Part shown: positions 54,202 through 62,323 of the stretch, in pieces | How positions within the stretch are numbered: position 1 is the first letter of the stretch | How the letters are laid out: every line of letters starts with the position of its first letter | DNA from: an uncultured Candidatus Saccharibacteria bacterium | Lineage (GTDB): Bacteria; Patescibacteriota; Minisyncoccia; UBA6257; 1-14-0-10-44-23 | Reading direction: 5' to 3' | DNA: 64,000 nucleotides | Assembly (NCBI GenBank): GCA_964549935.1 | Contig: CAZJVT010000003.1 | Coordinates: 14,634 to 78,633, forward strand | The notes under the pieces: model-generated | What the model saw: only the letters and a program-made list of their open reading frames with translations | The model's database searches: none | Told to the model about the DNA's origin: nothing | Made by a program: the position numbers and the translations under genes

Positions 54202-56073
54202 TCAGCCGCCGCTCTTGAGGGTCGTCTTCTCGAGGACGACCTCCCATTGGCCCTTGGCCAGCCGGATCTCGCGGATCTTGCCGAGCCCCGGAAGAGTGTC
54301 GCCGGGGCGCACCTCGACGAGCTCCGCCTCGGGGGCGTTCATGTTCTGCAGCCATGCGAGACCCGGCGTCGCCGAGCGGATCGCCCAGCTCGGCTTCGAG
54401 GTCCTGGCATCCGCTTTCTCGGCCGTGGCCTTATCCGCGGTCGATGCGGCCTTGTCGTTGGTGGCCTTTGCGTCCGCCTTCGCGGTCTTTGCCGGAGGTT
54501 GGCGGAAGGGATTGGCCTCGGCGGCCGGCGGCGCGGCATGCGCCGGCATTGCCGCGGCGGACTGGACCTGCTTCACGCGTCCGTCGATCTCCTGGATTTC
54601 GGCGCGGAGCTTCGCGGTCGCGGAAAGAGACTGGCTCGAGTTGGCGGCCGAACGGGCAAGGCCGGCCTCGACCGCCTGAAGTCGCTCGTCCAGTCGCGTA
54701 AGCGCGGCCGCGAGCTTGTCGAGGAGATCGGGAGCGACGACCTGCCCGGCCGGGGAGTTGGTCCCCGCCGCCTGGGCGGGGCCCGCGGTCGAGATCGCCC
54801 GCGAGACCGGAGCGGACGGCTGAGCGGGAGATTGTGCCGGAGCCGGAGATGGAGCCGCAGCGAGAACCGGGAGCGAAGAAGGCGCCGGAGCCGGTGCGGG
54901 AGTGATCGAAGCGACAGGAGCCGTCGCCTGGGGCGGAGAGAGACCTTGCTGGCCTGGGCTAGGCACGGAACCCTGGCCCGTCACGGTCGGGACGGGCACG
55001 GCCGGCGGCGCCGGTTGTGCCGAGCCCTGGGCACCTGGAGCCTGGCCACCGGGAGCTGGAGCGATCGAGGCGACCGCGCCGGAAGGCTTCTGCTGCCCGG
55101 GAACCTGAACCTGGGCAGCGACGATCGGCGCCGATGCGCCGCGGAGCGCCGACGCGTCGACCGGCGACGGCGACGAATTGAAATGACCTCCGCTGAAGAG
55201 CACGGCGACGGATACGAAGACGGCCGAGGCCGCCATCGCTCCGTAGACGATCAGCTTCCGCGTCTTCTTCCCGTCGTCGACCGGCTCTTCCTGCGCGGCA
55301 TCGGCATTGTCCGCTTCCTCGACGACCTCGCCGTCGGCCGCCTCGGAATGAACCTGGTCATCCTCGTCGCCATCATGGATGGGATCGTCATCGTCCTGCT
55401 CGGCGTCACGGTCGTCGCCCTCGTCCTGTGGCGAGAGGTCGAGCGTGGAGAGATCCTCGAGAGGCTCCTCCGCGACATCCGGAACCGGCGGCAGCGGCGC
55501 CAGGGGAACGGTCTCCGGGCTCAGCGGGGCGCTCAGATGGTCCCGCACCAGATCGAGGGGATCGGATCCCCTGGGGGAGGCCGGCGGAAGGCCGGCCGGA
55601 ACAGGTTGTGCCGGAAGAGGCTGGGCTGCGACATGCGGTGCCGGCGCCGGCTGAGGCGCGGAAGCGATCGGCGGAGATGGACGACGCATCTCATGGGCGA
55701 TCGGCTGGTCGTCATCGGAAACGGCCGGCGGAACCGGCCCCGGTTGAACCGCGGCGGGCGCGGCCGAGGCCGGCGGCGTGGCGATCGCCGAAGGGAGCGG
55801 CGGTGCGGGAGGAGGCATGTAGGCAGGCGCGGCGGCCGGCGCCGGAACAGGACGCGGCGCGGCCATCTTGGTCATGACCGCGGCGCCGCCCTCGGACGGA
55901 GAAGCAGGGGAAGGAGACGGAGGGGCGACGGGCGGAGAAGCCGGCGCCTGAACCGCGGCCTGGTTGGCAACCGGCCTCGCGGGCATGGCGGCGGGCCGCT
56001 GGGCCGGGAACGGCTTGCCTGCCGGGCCGCTCCGGTCGAAATCCACATCCGCAGAGGCCAGCGCGCTGTTCAT
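54202..56073 (-). CDS. Pro/Ala-rich bitopic membrane protein (623 aa) in the DotF/IcmG position
   Basis: An acidic N-terminus is followed by a TM (LIVYGAMAASAVFVSVAVLF), a long P/A-rich low-complexity region, a coiled coil and a C-terminal globular tail. Confidence 0.4.
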   Translation of the reverse strand: MNSALASADVDFDRSGPAGKPFPAQRPAAMPARPVANQAAVQAPASPPVAPPSPSPASPSEGGAAVMTKMAAPRPVPAPAAAPAYMPPPAPPLPSAIATPPASAAPAAVQPGPVPPAVSDDDQPIAHEMRRPSPPIASAPQPAPAPHVAAQPLPAQPVPAGLPPASPRGSDPLDLVRDHLSAPLSPETVPLAPLPPVPDVAEEPLEDLSTLDLSPQDEGDDRDAEQDDDDPIHDGDEDDQVHSEAADGEVVEEADNADAAQEEPVDDGKKTRKLIVYGAMAASAVFVSVAVLFSGGHFNSSPSPVDASALRGASAPIVAAQVQVPGQQKPSGAVASIAPAPGGQAPGAQGSAQPAPPAVPVPTVTGQGSVPSPGQQGLSPPQATAPVASITPAPAPAPSSLPVLAAAPSPAPAQSPAQPSAPVSRAISTAGPAQAAGTNSPAGQVVAPDLLDKLAAALTRLDERLQAVEAGLARSAANSSQSLSATAKLRAEIQEIDGRVKQVQSAAAMPAHAAPPAAEANPFRQPPAKTAKADAKATNDKAASTADKATAEKADARTSKPSWAIRSATPGLAWLQNMNAPEAELVEVRPGDTLPGLGKIREIRLAKGQWEVVLEKTTLKSGG

Positions 56074-56100
56074 GAGAACCCTCGGTAACTGACGACTTCC

Positions 56101-56130
56101 CGTTTAGGTATGAGTCTACAGGATTTATCC
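56101..56130 (-). promoter_or_regulatory. recurring motif copy (minus orientation): GGATAAATCCTGTAGACTCATACCTAAACG
   Basis: Lies 28-57 nt upstream of ATG 56073, with SD GAGGG between them. Confidence 0.5.
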
Positions 56131-56179
56131 GAGGGTGAAAAGGCCGGGATTCCGACCCCGAGGCAACCCTAAGCCGGCA

Positions 56180-56950
56180 TCACGCCGCCCGGGCGGCGGC
56201 CTTCGTCCTCGAACGCAGGCCCCTGGAAGCAGCCAACTGCTTCCTCCTCCCGGTCTCGAGGGCAGCGTCGGTCTTGGCCAGGCACTTCTTGACGAAGCCC
56301 CGGCCCTGCGTCGACCCCAGCCAGAGCGCCAGGCGATTGGCGAGATCGGCCGAGCGCATGGACTTCCTGTCCGGGACCTCACGGAACATCGCATGCAGGA
56401 GGCCGCGGCCGCTGTCCGCCGCGATGTCCGCCTCCGTCATCAGGACGGCATCGAGCGGCGTACGCCCGAAATTCAGGCCGGGTCTGCCGACGTTCTCGAC
56501 AGCCCATGCCTTGAGGGCCGCCTCCTCGCTGGCGTCCTTCAGGGCCCGCTCGATGAAGCAACGACCGACATTGGTGCCCAGCCATTTGACCATCGATGCC
56601 GCCAGGGTCGCGTCCATCTGGCGGAGCTCGTAGGGAAAGCTGCCGAGGACGCCGCGAAGACGGGGATTGACGCGATCGATCTCGCTTCCCTGACCCCAGA
56701 GGTCGTACTGGGCATGCATCTCCTTCCGCCAGAAGGCGGCGAATACGCGCTCGCCCACGACGTCCTTCCGCGGCGCGACCTCGGGCTCGTGACGGAGCGG
56801 CGCGGTCGGCTGCAGGATCTCCGACTCGTCCTCTCCAGGCTCGCCCCAGAGGTCGGCTTCGACCATGACGCTCATCTGTGTCTCCTTGGCGGGCGGGATC
56901 TCGGGCGATGGCTTCTCGCGCTCGGCCTTGGTCGTAGTGAGTCGCGCCAT
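56180..56950 (-). CDS. hypothetical protein (256 aa) with internal duplication
   Basis: ATLAASMVKWLGTNVGRCFIERALKDASEEAAL repeats as ADLANRLALWLGSTQGRGFVKKCLAKTDAALET. Confidence 0.4.
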   Translation of the reverse strand: MARLTTTKAEREKPSPEIPPAKETQMSVMVEADLWGEPGEDESEILQPTAPLRHEPEVAPRKDVVGERVFAAFWRKEMHAQYDLWGQGSEIDRVNPRLRGVLGSFPYELRQMDATLAASMVKWLGTNVGRCFIERALKDASEEAALKAWAVENVGRPGLNFGRTPLDAVLMTEADIAADSGRGLLHAMFREVPDRKSMRSADLANRLALWLGSTQGRGFVKKCLAKTDAALETGRRKQLAASRGLRSRTKAAARAA

Positions 56951-56956
56951 AAAGCG

Positions 56957-57205
56957 TTATGGCAGCAGCGACGCCACGGGACAGGGCTTCCGCAGGATTG
57001 CCTCGACCTCGACGCGATCGCCTTCGACCATGATCGCGAAGCGCAGGGTGTCGCCGTCGATTCGCTCGTCGATGACCGGGTTCGGCTCCTCGCCCGAGCA
57101 CCTCGCCCATTCATCCTCGACCGCCTTGGCAGTGAGCTCCTCGACCTCGATCTGCTGCTCCATCGGCTCCTCGCCGGGAATGCGGTAGGTGGCGTTCACG
57201 AGCAT
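56957..57205 (-). CDS. small acidic protein (82 aa)
   Basis: Spacing within the operon is tight. Confidence 0.35.
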   Translation of the reverse strand: MLVNATYRIPGEEPMEQQIEVEELTAKAVEDEWARCSGEEPNPVIDERIDGDTLRFAIMVEGDRVEVEAILRKPCPVASLLP

Positions 57206-57233
57206 CGTCTGACTCCTGGTCTGGCGGCCGGGT

Positions 57234-58100
57234 TCAGGATCCGCGGCCGGGAACGTAGAGGGCGCGCGGCTTTCCTTCGCCGTTCATCACCCGGATATAC
57301 TTGTCGGTCTCGCAGAGGATGTTCGGCACGTCGCTGAAGTCCATTGCGACGCCGGTCTCCTGCTGGACGATCTCGTAGATCGCGCGCATCTCGTCGAGCG
57401 CCTGGGACTGGGAGAGCGCGCCGTCGGTCTTGCGCCCATGCAGGCGGTTCAGGCCGCGGATCGTGCCAGGGCCAGCGGCCGCCCAGGTCGCAACATCCGC
57501 CGCCTCCTCGAGCAGCGCGGTGAAGCGCATGTCGACGACGGCCTGGTAAGCCATGAACTGGCCCCAGCCGTTGGATTTCATGATGAGGGCGTGCATGCCC
57601 TGGAGCGTCGGGGCCCCGCGGAGATACGCCGTAATCTCGCCGCGCCGGCGCCAGAGATCGCCGATCACCGTCTCCGCGATATAACGCTGCTTGTCGGCGC
57701 CCTTCTCGGCCGGCGCCGAGATCATATAGGCGCCGGTGTAGACCTTGTCGCCGCGGTCTTTCCGTTCGTTGAGGATGACGGCCATGCGCTCGGTGAAATC
57801 GAAGCGCGTCGCATCGGGAAGCCCTCCGGCCTCCCGGAGTTCGACGAAGGTGTCGGGCCAGTTGATCTGGCGGAAGATGCACAGCAGCAGCCACAGATGC
57901 GGGCTGTCCCGATACGGGATGCGGATGCTGTCGCGCACGAAGCGCGTCACACGATCGTCCTCGCGTCGCACGTTGCAGAACCGGTAGGTCGACAGGATGG
58001 GATCCTCGGTCCAGGGACCAGGCTCGCCTGCGTCCTTGCGGAAGCGAATGCGCTCGCGCTCGCGGATCCAATCGAAAAGTGCCGTGTAGTCGGCCGGCAT
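57234..58100 (-). CDS. hypothetical protein (288 aa)
   Basis: Begins 5 nt after the DotG-like stop. No domain recognised. Confidence 0.45.
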   Translation of the reverse strand: MPADYTALFDWIRERERIRFRKDAGEPGPWTEDPILSTYRFCNVRREDDRVTRFVRDSIRIPYRDSPHLWLLLCIFRQINWPDTFVELREAGGLPDATRFDFTERMAVILNERKDRGDKVYTGAYMISAPAEKGADKQRYIAETVIGDLWRRRGEITAYLRGAPTLQGMHALIMKSNGWGQFMAYQAVVDMRFTALLEEAADVATWAAAGPGTIRGLNRLHGRKTDGALSQSQALDEMRAIYEIVQQETGVAMDFSDVPNILCETDKYIRVMNGEGKPRALYVPGRGS

Positions 58101-58105
58101 GACGC

Positions 58106-59413
58106 CTACTTCCTCTCACCCTGCGTCACGGGCTCGACGAAGATCATGCCGAGCTCGAGGCCCGGGTCAATCGTCACCGTCGGCTTCATCGAGCGCGCGT
58201 CGGCCTTGATGTCGCTGGCGATGGTCTTTCCGACCTCGCCGATGCCGGCCGCGACCGCGGTGCGGCTGGACGAGGACCCGTAGCTCGTGGTCGAACCGCC
58301 GAGAGGGTTCACGATCACGGTCTTGCCGGAGTTCGCCGCGATGTCGGCGAAGCCCGCGACGAAGCTGCCGGCCAGCGATGCCGCATAGCGCCAGTAGTGA
58401 TGGTCGACGTCGGAAGCAAGGCCGGACCGCGCGGTCGCGGGGTCGACGGCAAAGGCCGACGTCTTGTAGCTGCGGCCGTCCTTGAGCGTGATGGTGGTGA
58501 ACTGCAGCACCAGGACGTCGACGGAGTCCTTCTGCTCGAAATTGCCGATCATGCGCGCCCCCTTCAGGGGACCCGCCTCGAGCTCGGCGAGCACGGGCGA
58601 CGAGACGTCGGAACGCGCGCCGGTGATGAGGCGTGCATAGACGATGGTGCCGGCCGGGATCAGGACCTGGCCGCCCTGTCCTTGCGCGGTTCCTGCCTGT
58701 CCTGCCGCCTGGGACAACGCCTGCGCAGTCGGCGGAACCGCCTGGCCCCCGATCGTTCCCGAAAGCGGCTGCGCGCCCGGGCCGCCGGACGTCCGTTCGT
58801 TCTGACTGGCGACGACCACGGAGGGCTTCAGCTTCCAGCTGTCGAGGAGTGCCGCGGTCTGCGCCTTCATGGCGGCTACCAGCTGCTCGTCGCCCCGCAT
58901 TCCTGCCGGAATGGGCTCGGGCTGCTGCACCGCCCGGACCTGCGCCGTGGTCTGTGCCTGGACCGGTCGGGGCTCCGCCTGGCGCAGGGTCGACTGGAGG
59001 GGCGACGCCTCGGGCTTCACCTCGAGGGCCGATTGGGTATCGACCCGCGAAGAGACGCCGACGGTCGCGACCGCGCTGCGCCCGGTTTCCTGGGCACGGT
59101 CCGCCCTGTCCTGGTTGTCCTTGGACATCGCCTGCTGATAGGCCGGGGAGCTTGCCTGCTGGGCACCTCCCGGTACCGACCGCATGTCGGTCGCCTGGAC
59201 CAGGCTCGACGGAGGAGCGGAGCTGGTGCCGAGAGCCGCGAATGCCGCGACGCCGCCGACGATCAGGACCGCGGTGCCGCCAAAGAAGAGCAAGAGACGC
59301 GATCGTCCATCGGAAACGGCATGCGCCAGGCGCGCCCGAAGCTTCGGCGGCCGCGGTACGACAGGATCCGTAGCCGGACCGAGCGACGGTGCGTTGTCGT
59401 TGGGCTCGTTCAT
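58106..59413 (-). CDS. DotG/IcmE/TraO/VirB10-family protein (435 aa from M44)
   Basis: An N-terminal TM (LLLFFGGTAVLIVGGVAAFAAL) is followed by a Q/A-rich linker and a C-terminal beta-rich domain (LIPAGTIVYARLITGARSDVSSPVLAEL...VLVLQFTTITLKDGRSYKTSAFAVDP). This is the VirB10/TrbI fold pattern. Confidence 0.6.
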   Translation of the reverse strand: MNEPNDNAPSLGPATDPVVPRPPKLRARLAHAVSDGRSRLLLFFGGTAVLIVGGVAAFAALGTSSAPPSSLVQATDMRSVPGGAQQASSPAYQQAMSKDNQDRADRAQETGRSAVATVGVSSRVDTQSALEVKPEASPLQSTLRQAEPRPVQAQTTAQVRAVQQPEPIPAGMRGDEQLVAAMKAQTAALLDSWKLKPSVVVASQNERTSGGPGAQPLSGTIGGQAVPPTAQALSQAAGQAGTAQGQGGQVLIPAGTIVYARLITGARSDVSSPVLAELEAGPLKGARMIGNFEQKDSVDVLVLQFTTITLKDGRSYKTSAFAVDPATARSGLASDVDHHYWRYAASLAGSFVAGFADIAANSGKTVIVNPLGGSTTSYGSSSSRTAVAAGIGEVGKTIASDIKADARSMKPTVTIDPGLELGMIFVEPVTQGERK

Positions 59414-59625
59414 CGGATCATCGCCTTTCCACCGCCCTTGCGCGTCAGCCAGCGGCGCTGCTGGCGGCTGACGCCGCTGGGGATATCCATGCCGTGCGCC
59501 GGCGCCTTGGGCGCTTGCTGCGGGACGAGGGCGGAGCTGCACACAGTCGCAAGGATCTGCGACATGAGGACGTGACGGCCGGCGCCACCGACCACGTAGA
59601 CGATCTTCTGCTCGGAATCCGCCAT
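59410..59625 (-). CDS. small protein (71 aa) translationally coupled to the DotG-like gene
   Basis: ATGA overlap with the downstream start. Start at M15 (MADSEQKIVYVVGGAG...). Confidence 0.35.
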   Translation of the reverse strand: MADSEQKIVYVVGGAGRHVLMSQILATVCSSALVPQQAPKAPAHGMDIPSGVSRQQRRWLTRKGGGKAMIR

Positions 59626-59634
59626 AGTCGATCC

Positions 59635-59663
59635 GGTTAATCCTGTCTGCCTCTTATGATACA
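59635..59663 (+). promoter_or_regulatory. recurring motif copy: GGTTAATCCTGTCTGCCTCTTATGATACA (plus orientation inside minus-strand cluster)
   Basis: Lies 10 nt from the leftward start at 59625. No convincing plus gene sits downstream. Confidence 0.45.
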
Positions 59664-59746
59664 TCAACAGGAGAAGCGGCGCCAGGACAGCCCTGGGTTA
59701 TCGACGGTTCCGGAGAAGATCGTCGAGATGCGAACGGCTTCGCGGC

Positions 59747-59968
59747 TCAGGGAGACGGATCGGCGTCTGCCTCTTCGCCCCCGCCATGCTCCAGCACCTC
59801 TTCGGCTTCGCTCGAGGCGAGAAGCGCCGTCCGCTGATGCGGCTCCATGAGATCCCAGGCTTTTCGGAGCAGCGACTGCAGGTCGCCGACCTCGTGATCA
59901 GGTTCGCTGTCCTGACCGTGCCGCTCGGCCGCGGTGATAAGGCCCTCGATCCCTGGTTCTTCCGGCAT
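59747..59968 (-). CDS. small acidic protein (73 aa)
   Basis: ATG lies 8 nt after the upstream stop. The sequence is Glu/Asp-rich. Confidence 0.3.
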   Translation of the reverse strand: MPEEPGIEGLITAAERHGQDSEPDHEVGDLQSLLRKAWDLMEPHQRTALLASSEAEEVLEHGGGEEADADPSP

Positions 59969-59975
59969 GGAGATC

Positions 59976-61043
59976 TCAGTTGCCCGCGGATTCCGAGCTG
60001 GCTGCCGGGGCCTGGCGCTGCTGCGCGGTCGCGGGACCGGCAATGCGGATCGGCTGGTTGGGGACCTGTGTCGGCCCTGCCTGCTTCGCCGCGGTCTTCG
60101 GGGTGTCGGTCAGCCTGACGCTGACCTGCCTTCCCTGGTCCGAGGCGAGGACGACCGGCGTATCAGGCAGCTGGTAGACCGTGTAGCCGCCGGATCCCGC
60201 CACCGACGCAAGCCACGACGGGGACAGCAGCGTCATCTGCGTGCGCAGGTAGACGTAGCCGCCGAAAGACCAGGCGCGACCGGAGCCGGCGCCGAGGAAA
60301 AGCGGTTGCGCTCCCTCCGGGGGTGTCCCGTCGAGGAACGACATCAGGATGGGGTTGCCGGTTTCTGGGGCCCGGGGCTGGATGATCGGCGCCTGCGCGT
60401 TCGGGCCGCGTGCCTGGATCCGGAAAGAGACCTGCGCATCGGTTGCCGGCATTCCGGTGTCCATCGCGAGCGACACCGTCAACGGCATCGACGCCTTCTC
60501 GAGGATCACCCCGATGTTCGTGGTGCCGTGATAGACCTGGGGCGTCACCGAGATCGCATTCGACCCGTCGCCCATGGTCATCACCTGGATGCGATCGGCG
60601 TTCCCGACCACGACCTTGAGCACCGGCCACTGCTGTCCGGTGGTGTCGTAGAAGGCCAGCATCGAGACATGGTTGGCGCCGAGGCGCACGACCGGGATCC
60701 GGGCGCCGGGCTCGAGCGAGACGTCCTCCGAGCGGCTTTCCGGCTTCGGAGCGGGGCCGGGCGGCTGGGCGGCCTGCTTCTGGCCCTGGTCCAGGATCCG
60801 GCGGAGCTCCTTGATCTGTTGCGGCGAGAGCGGGAGGACCGAGTCGGTCGTCGCCTTGAAGGCTTCGTCACGGATATCCGGCGGCGGCGGCAGCCTGTCG
60901 GACGGGGCGGCCTGAGACGCGGATGGGACCGCGGGCGCCGCCGCCTGGGCCAGCGCATCGACCGCGGCCAGCGCCAGCGCCGCGCCAAGCGCGGACGCGG
61001 CGAGGATCGAAAAGGCTGGTCTGGATCGCATCGTCGGCCCCAT
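59976..61043 (-). CDS. secreted protein (355 aa), possibly DotH/IcmK/TraN-like by position
   Basis: Signal peptide MGPTMRSRPAFSILAASALGAALALAAVDALAQA. It sits between the DotI-like and DotG-like genes, as in I-type systems. Confidence 0.4.
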   Translation of the reverse strand: MGPTMRSRPAFSILAASALGAALALAAVDALAQAAAPAVPSASQAAPSDRLPPPPDIRDEAFKATTDSVLPLSPQQIKELRRILDQGQKQAAQPPGPAPKPESRSEDVSLEPGARIPVVRLGANHVSMLAFYDTTGQQWPVLKVVVGNADRIQVMTMGDGSNAISVTPQVYHGTTNIGVILEKASMPLTVSLAMDTGMPATDAQVSFRIQARGPNAQAPIIQPRAPETGNPILMSFLDGTPPEGAQPLFLGAGSGRAWSFGGYVYLRTQMTLLSPSWLASVAGSGGYTVYQLPDTPVVLASDQGRQVSVRLTDTPKTAAKQAGPTQVPNQPIRIAGPATAQQRQAPAASSESAGN

Positions 61044-61076
61044 GGATTGACCCTTCGATGATACCCCGATCCGCGG

Positions 61077-61123
61077 CCTTATGCACCTGCTTGTGCATGA
61101 TGCATAAGGCCGGGCAAAAAAAA
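61077..61123. repeat. inverted repeat CCTTATGCA-N15-TGCATAAGG followed by A8 tract
   Basis: Reads ccttatgcacctgcttgtgcatgatgcataaggccgggcaaaaaaaa. It is a local AT-rich patch in the spacer between two T4BSS-like genes. Confidence 0.5.
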
Positions 61124-61498
61124 TCAAAGGACGCCCTGGGACACGAGCTGGTCGCGAAGGAAGACCGCGGTGTCGCAGACCGGATCCGGGCACTTGTCCA
61201 GGTGCGCCTTGAGCCTGGCCGTATCGACGATGCCGATGCCGTCCAACTCCATCTCCCAGACTTGCAGGGCCGTGAACGGCGCCTCTTCCGCCTGCGGCGC
61301 CTCGAGGGTCTCGATCGTCTCCGGCGCATAGAAGGCCGAGGCGGGCGCGCCGGCATACTCGCCGGCGCCGATCGTCAGCGGGACCGGGCTCAAGGGGGAG
61401 CGGATCGCCTTGGTGCCATCGACCAAGCGCGTCGTGAGGACGAGGGTGGTAGCCATCTGGGTATTCTCCTTGGGCTTTTCTGGTGCGAAGTGGAACAA
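61124..61498 (-). CDS. hypothetical protein (124 aa)
   Basis: Begins 8 nt after the DotI-like stop. Confidence 0.35.
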   Translation of the reverse strand: MFHFAPEKPKENTQMATTLVLTTRLVDGTKAIRSPLSPVPLTIGAGEYAGAPASAFYAPETIETLEAPQAEEAPFTALQVWEMELDGIGIVDTARLKAHLDKCPDPVCDTAVFLRDQLVSQGVL

Positions 61499-61508
61499 GT
61501 GGATGGCC

Positions 61509-62159
61509 TCAGCTCGCGGGCCGCTCGATGAGCTGCTGGATGCCGATGCCGTCCGGGGATTCGGTGGTGGGGCGACGGATCAGGAGCACGTCGGCGACCA
61601 GGCGCTGCTGCAGCCTGTCGGACGCCGACTGGTAGGTGACGAGGATCGGGATCTCGAGGCGCCAGGCCATGACCCCGCCGGTGATGCCGCTGGCCTTCAG
61701 GATCGGCGCGGACTCCGGCACCGCGGTCGAGACCTTCTTCTGCTCGACCAGGGCAACGAGGTTTCGGCTTTCCGCCAGGGCACGGTCGTAGTTCTTCCAG
61801 CCTTCCGGCGTGAAGCAGCGGTTCGCGGCGGTGAGGCTGGCCTTGTAGTTGACGAAGTCGAGGGTGTGGATGCGGACGACGCAGTCGGTCGCCCAGGACA
61901 TCACCCCCTGGAGCTCCATCGAGGGCCGATCGAGAGGGACCATCGGCGTCAGGGTCCCGGCCGGGGTCGTCGCGAAGTAGCGCGGCTCCGCCTGGCGAAG
62001 GGCCATCGCTCCGGCGACGACGATGGCGACGGCGCCGGCGGCAAGCCCGGCGATCGCGAGCTTGGTCGATCGGCGATAGCCGTCCCGATAGAACTCGTTC
62101 CGGGTGACGACTGTCCTGAGGGCGTCGGCGCCCTTTTTCACGGCTACGGTCGAAGTCAT
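61509..62159 (-). CDS. IcmL/DotI/TraM-like type IVB secretion protein (216 aa)
   Basis: The size, an N-terminal NEFYRDGYRR stretch followed by a single TM (LAIAGLAAGAVAIVVAGAMAL), and a periplasmic domain together match DotI-family architecture. Confidence 0.55.
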   Translation of the reverse strand: MTSTVAVKKGADALRTVVTRNEFYRDGYRRSTKLAIAGLAAGAVAIVVAGAMALRQAEPRYFATTPAGTLTPMVPLDRPSMELQGVMSWATDCVVRIHTLDFVNYKASLTAANRCFTPEGWKNYDRALAESRNLVALVEQKKVSTAVPESAPILKASGITGGVMAWRLEIPILVTYQSASDRLQQRLVADVLLIRRPTTESPDGIGIQQLIERPAS

Positions 62160-62323
62160 TTCCCAACCCCTGCGCCGGAGAGGTCGACGACATCCGGCTT
62201 CATCATGGTCGCCGATAAGAGCGAAAGTGACCGAGAAATATTGTTGCTAAGACGTCCGGAATTCCGGACGTCGCGTCCGTCCATCTGGTTAAGAGCGCTC
62301 ATTTCCTGCTTCTCCTCGATGCT

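Noticed and set aside
53893-56088. 731-aa plus-strand ORF
   Set aside because: Antisense to the Pro/Ala-rich membrane gene. It is extremely Arg/Gly-rich, a GC-skew artefact.
59656-59850. 64-aa plus ORF starting inside motif copy 59635
   Set aside because: It is Arg-rich, overlaps the minus-strand small acidic gene in antisense, and has no SD. The motif more likely serves the leftward gene or drives a non-coding or antisense transcript.
61077-61123. Rho-independent terminator
   Set aside because: The A tract follows the hairpin on the plus strand, and the U tract precedes it on the minus strand, so neither orientation gives hairpin-then-U. Reported as an inverted repeat instead.
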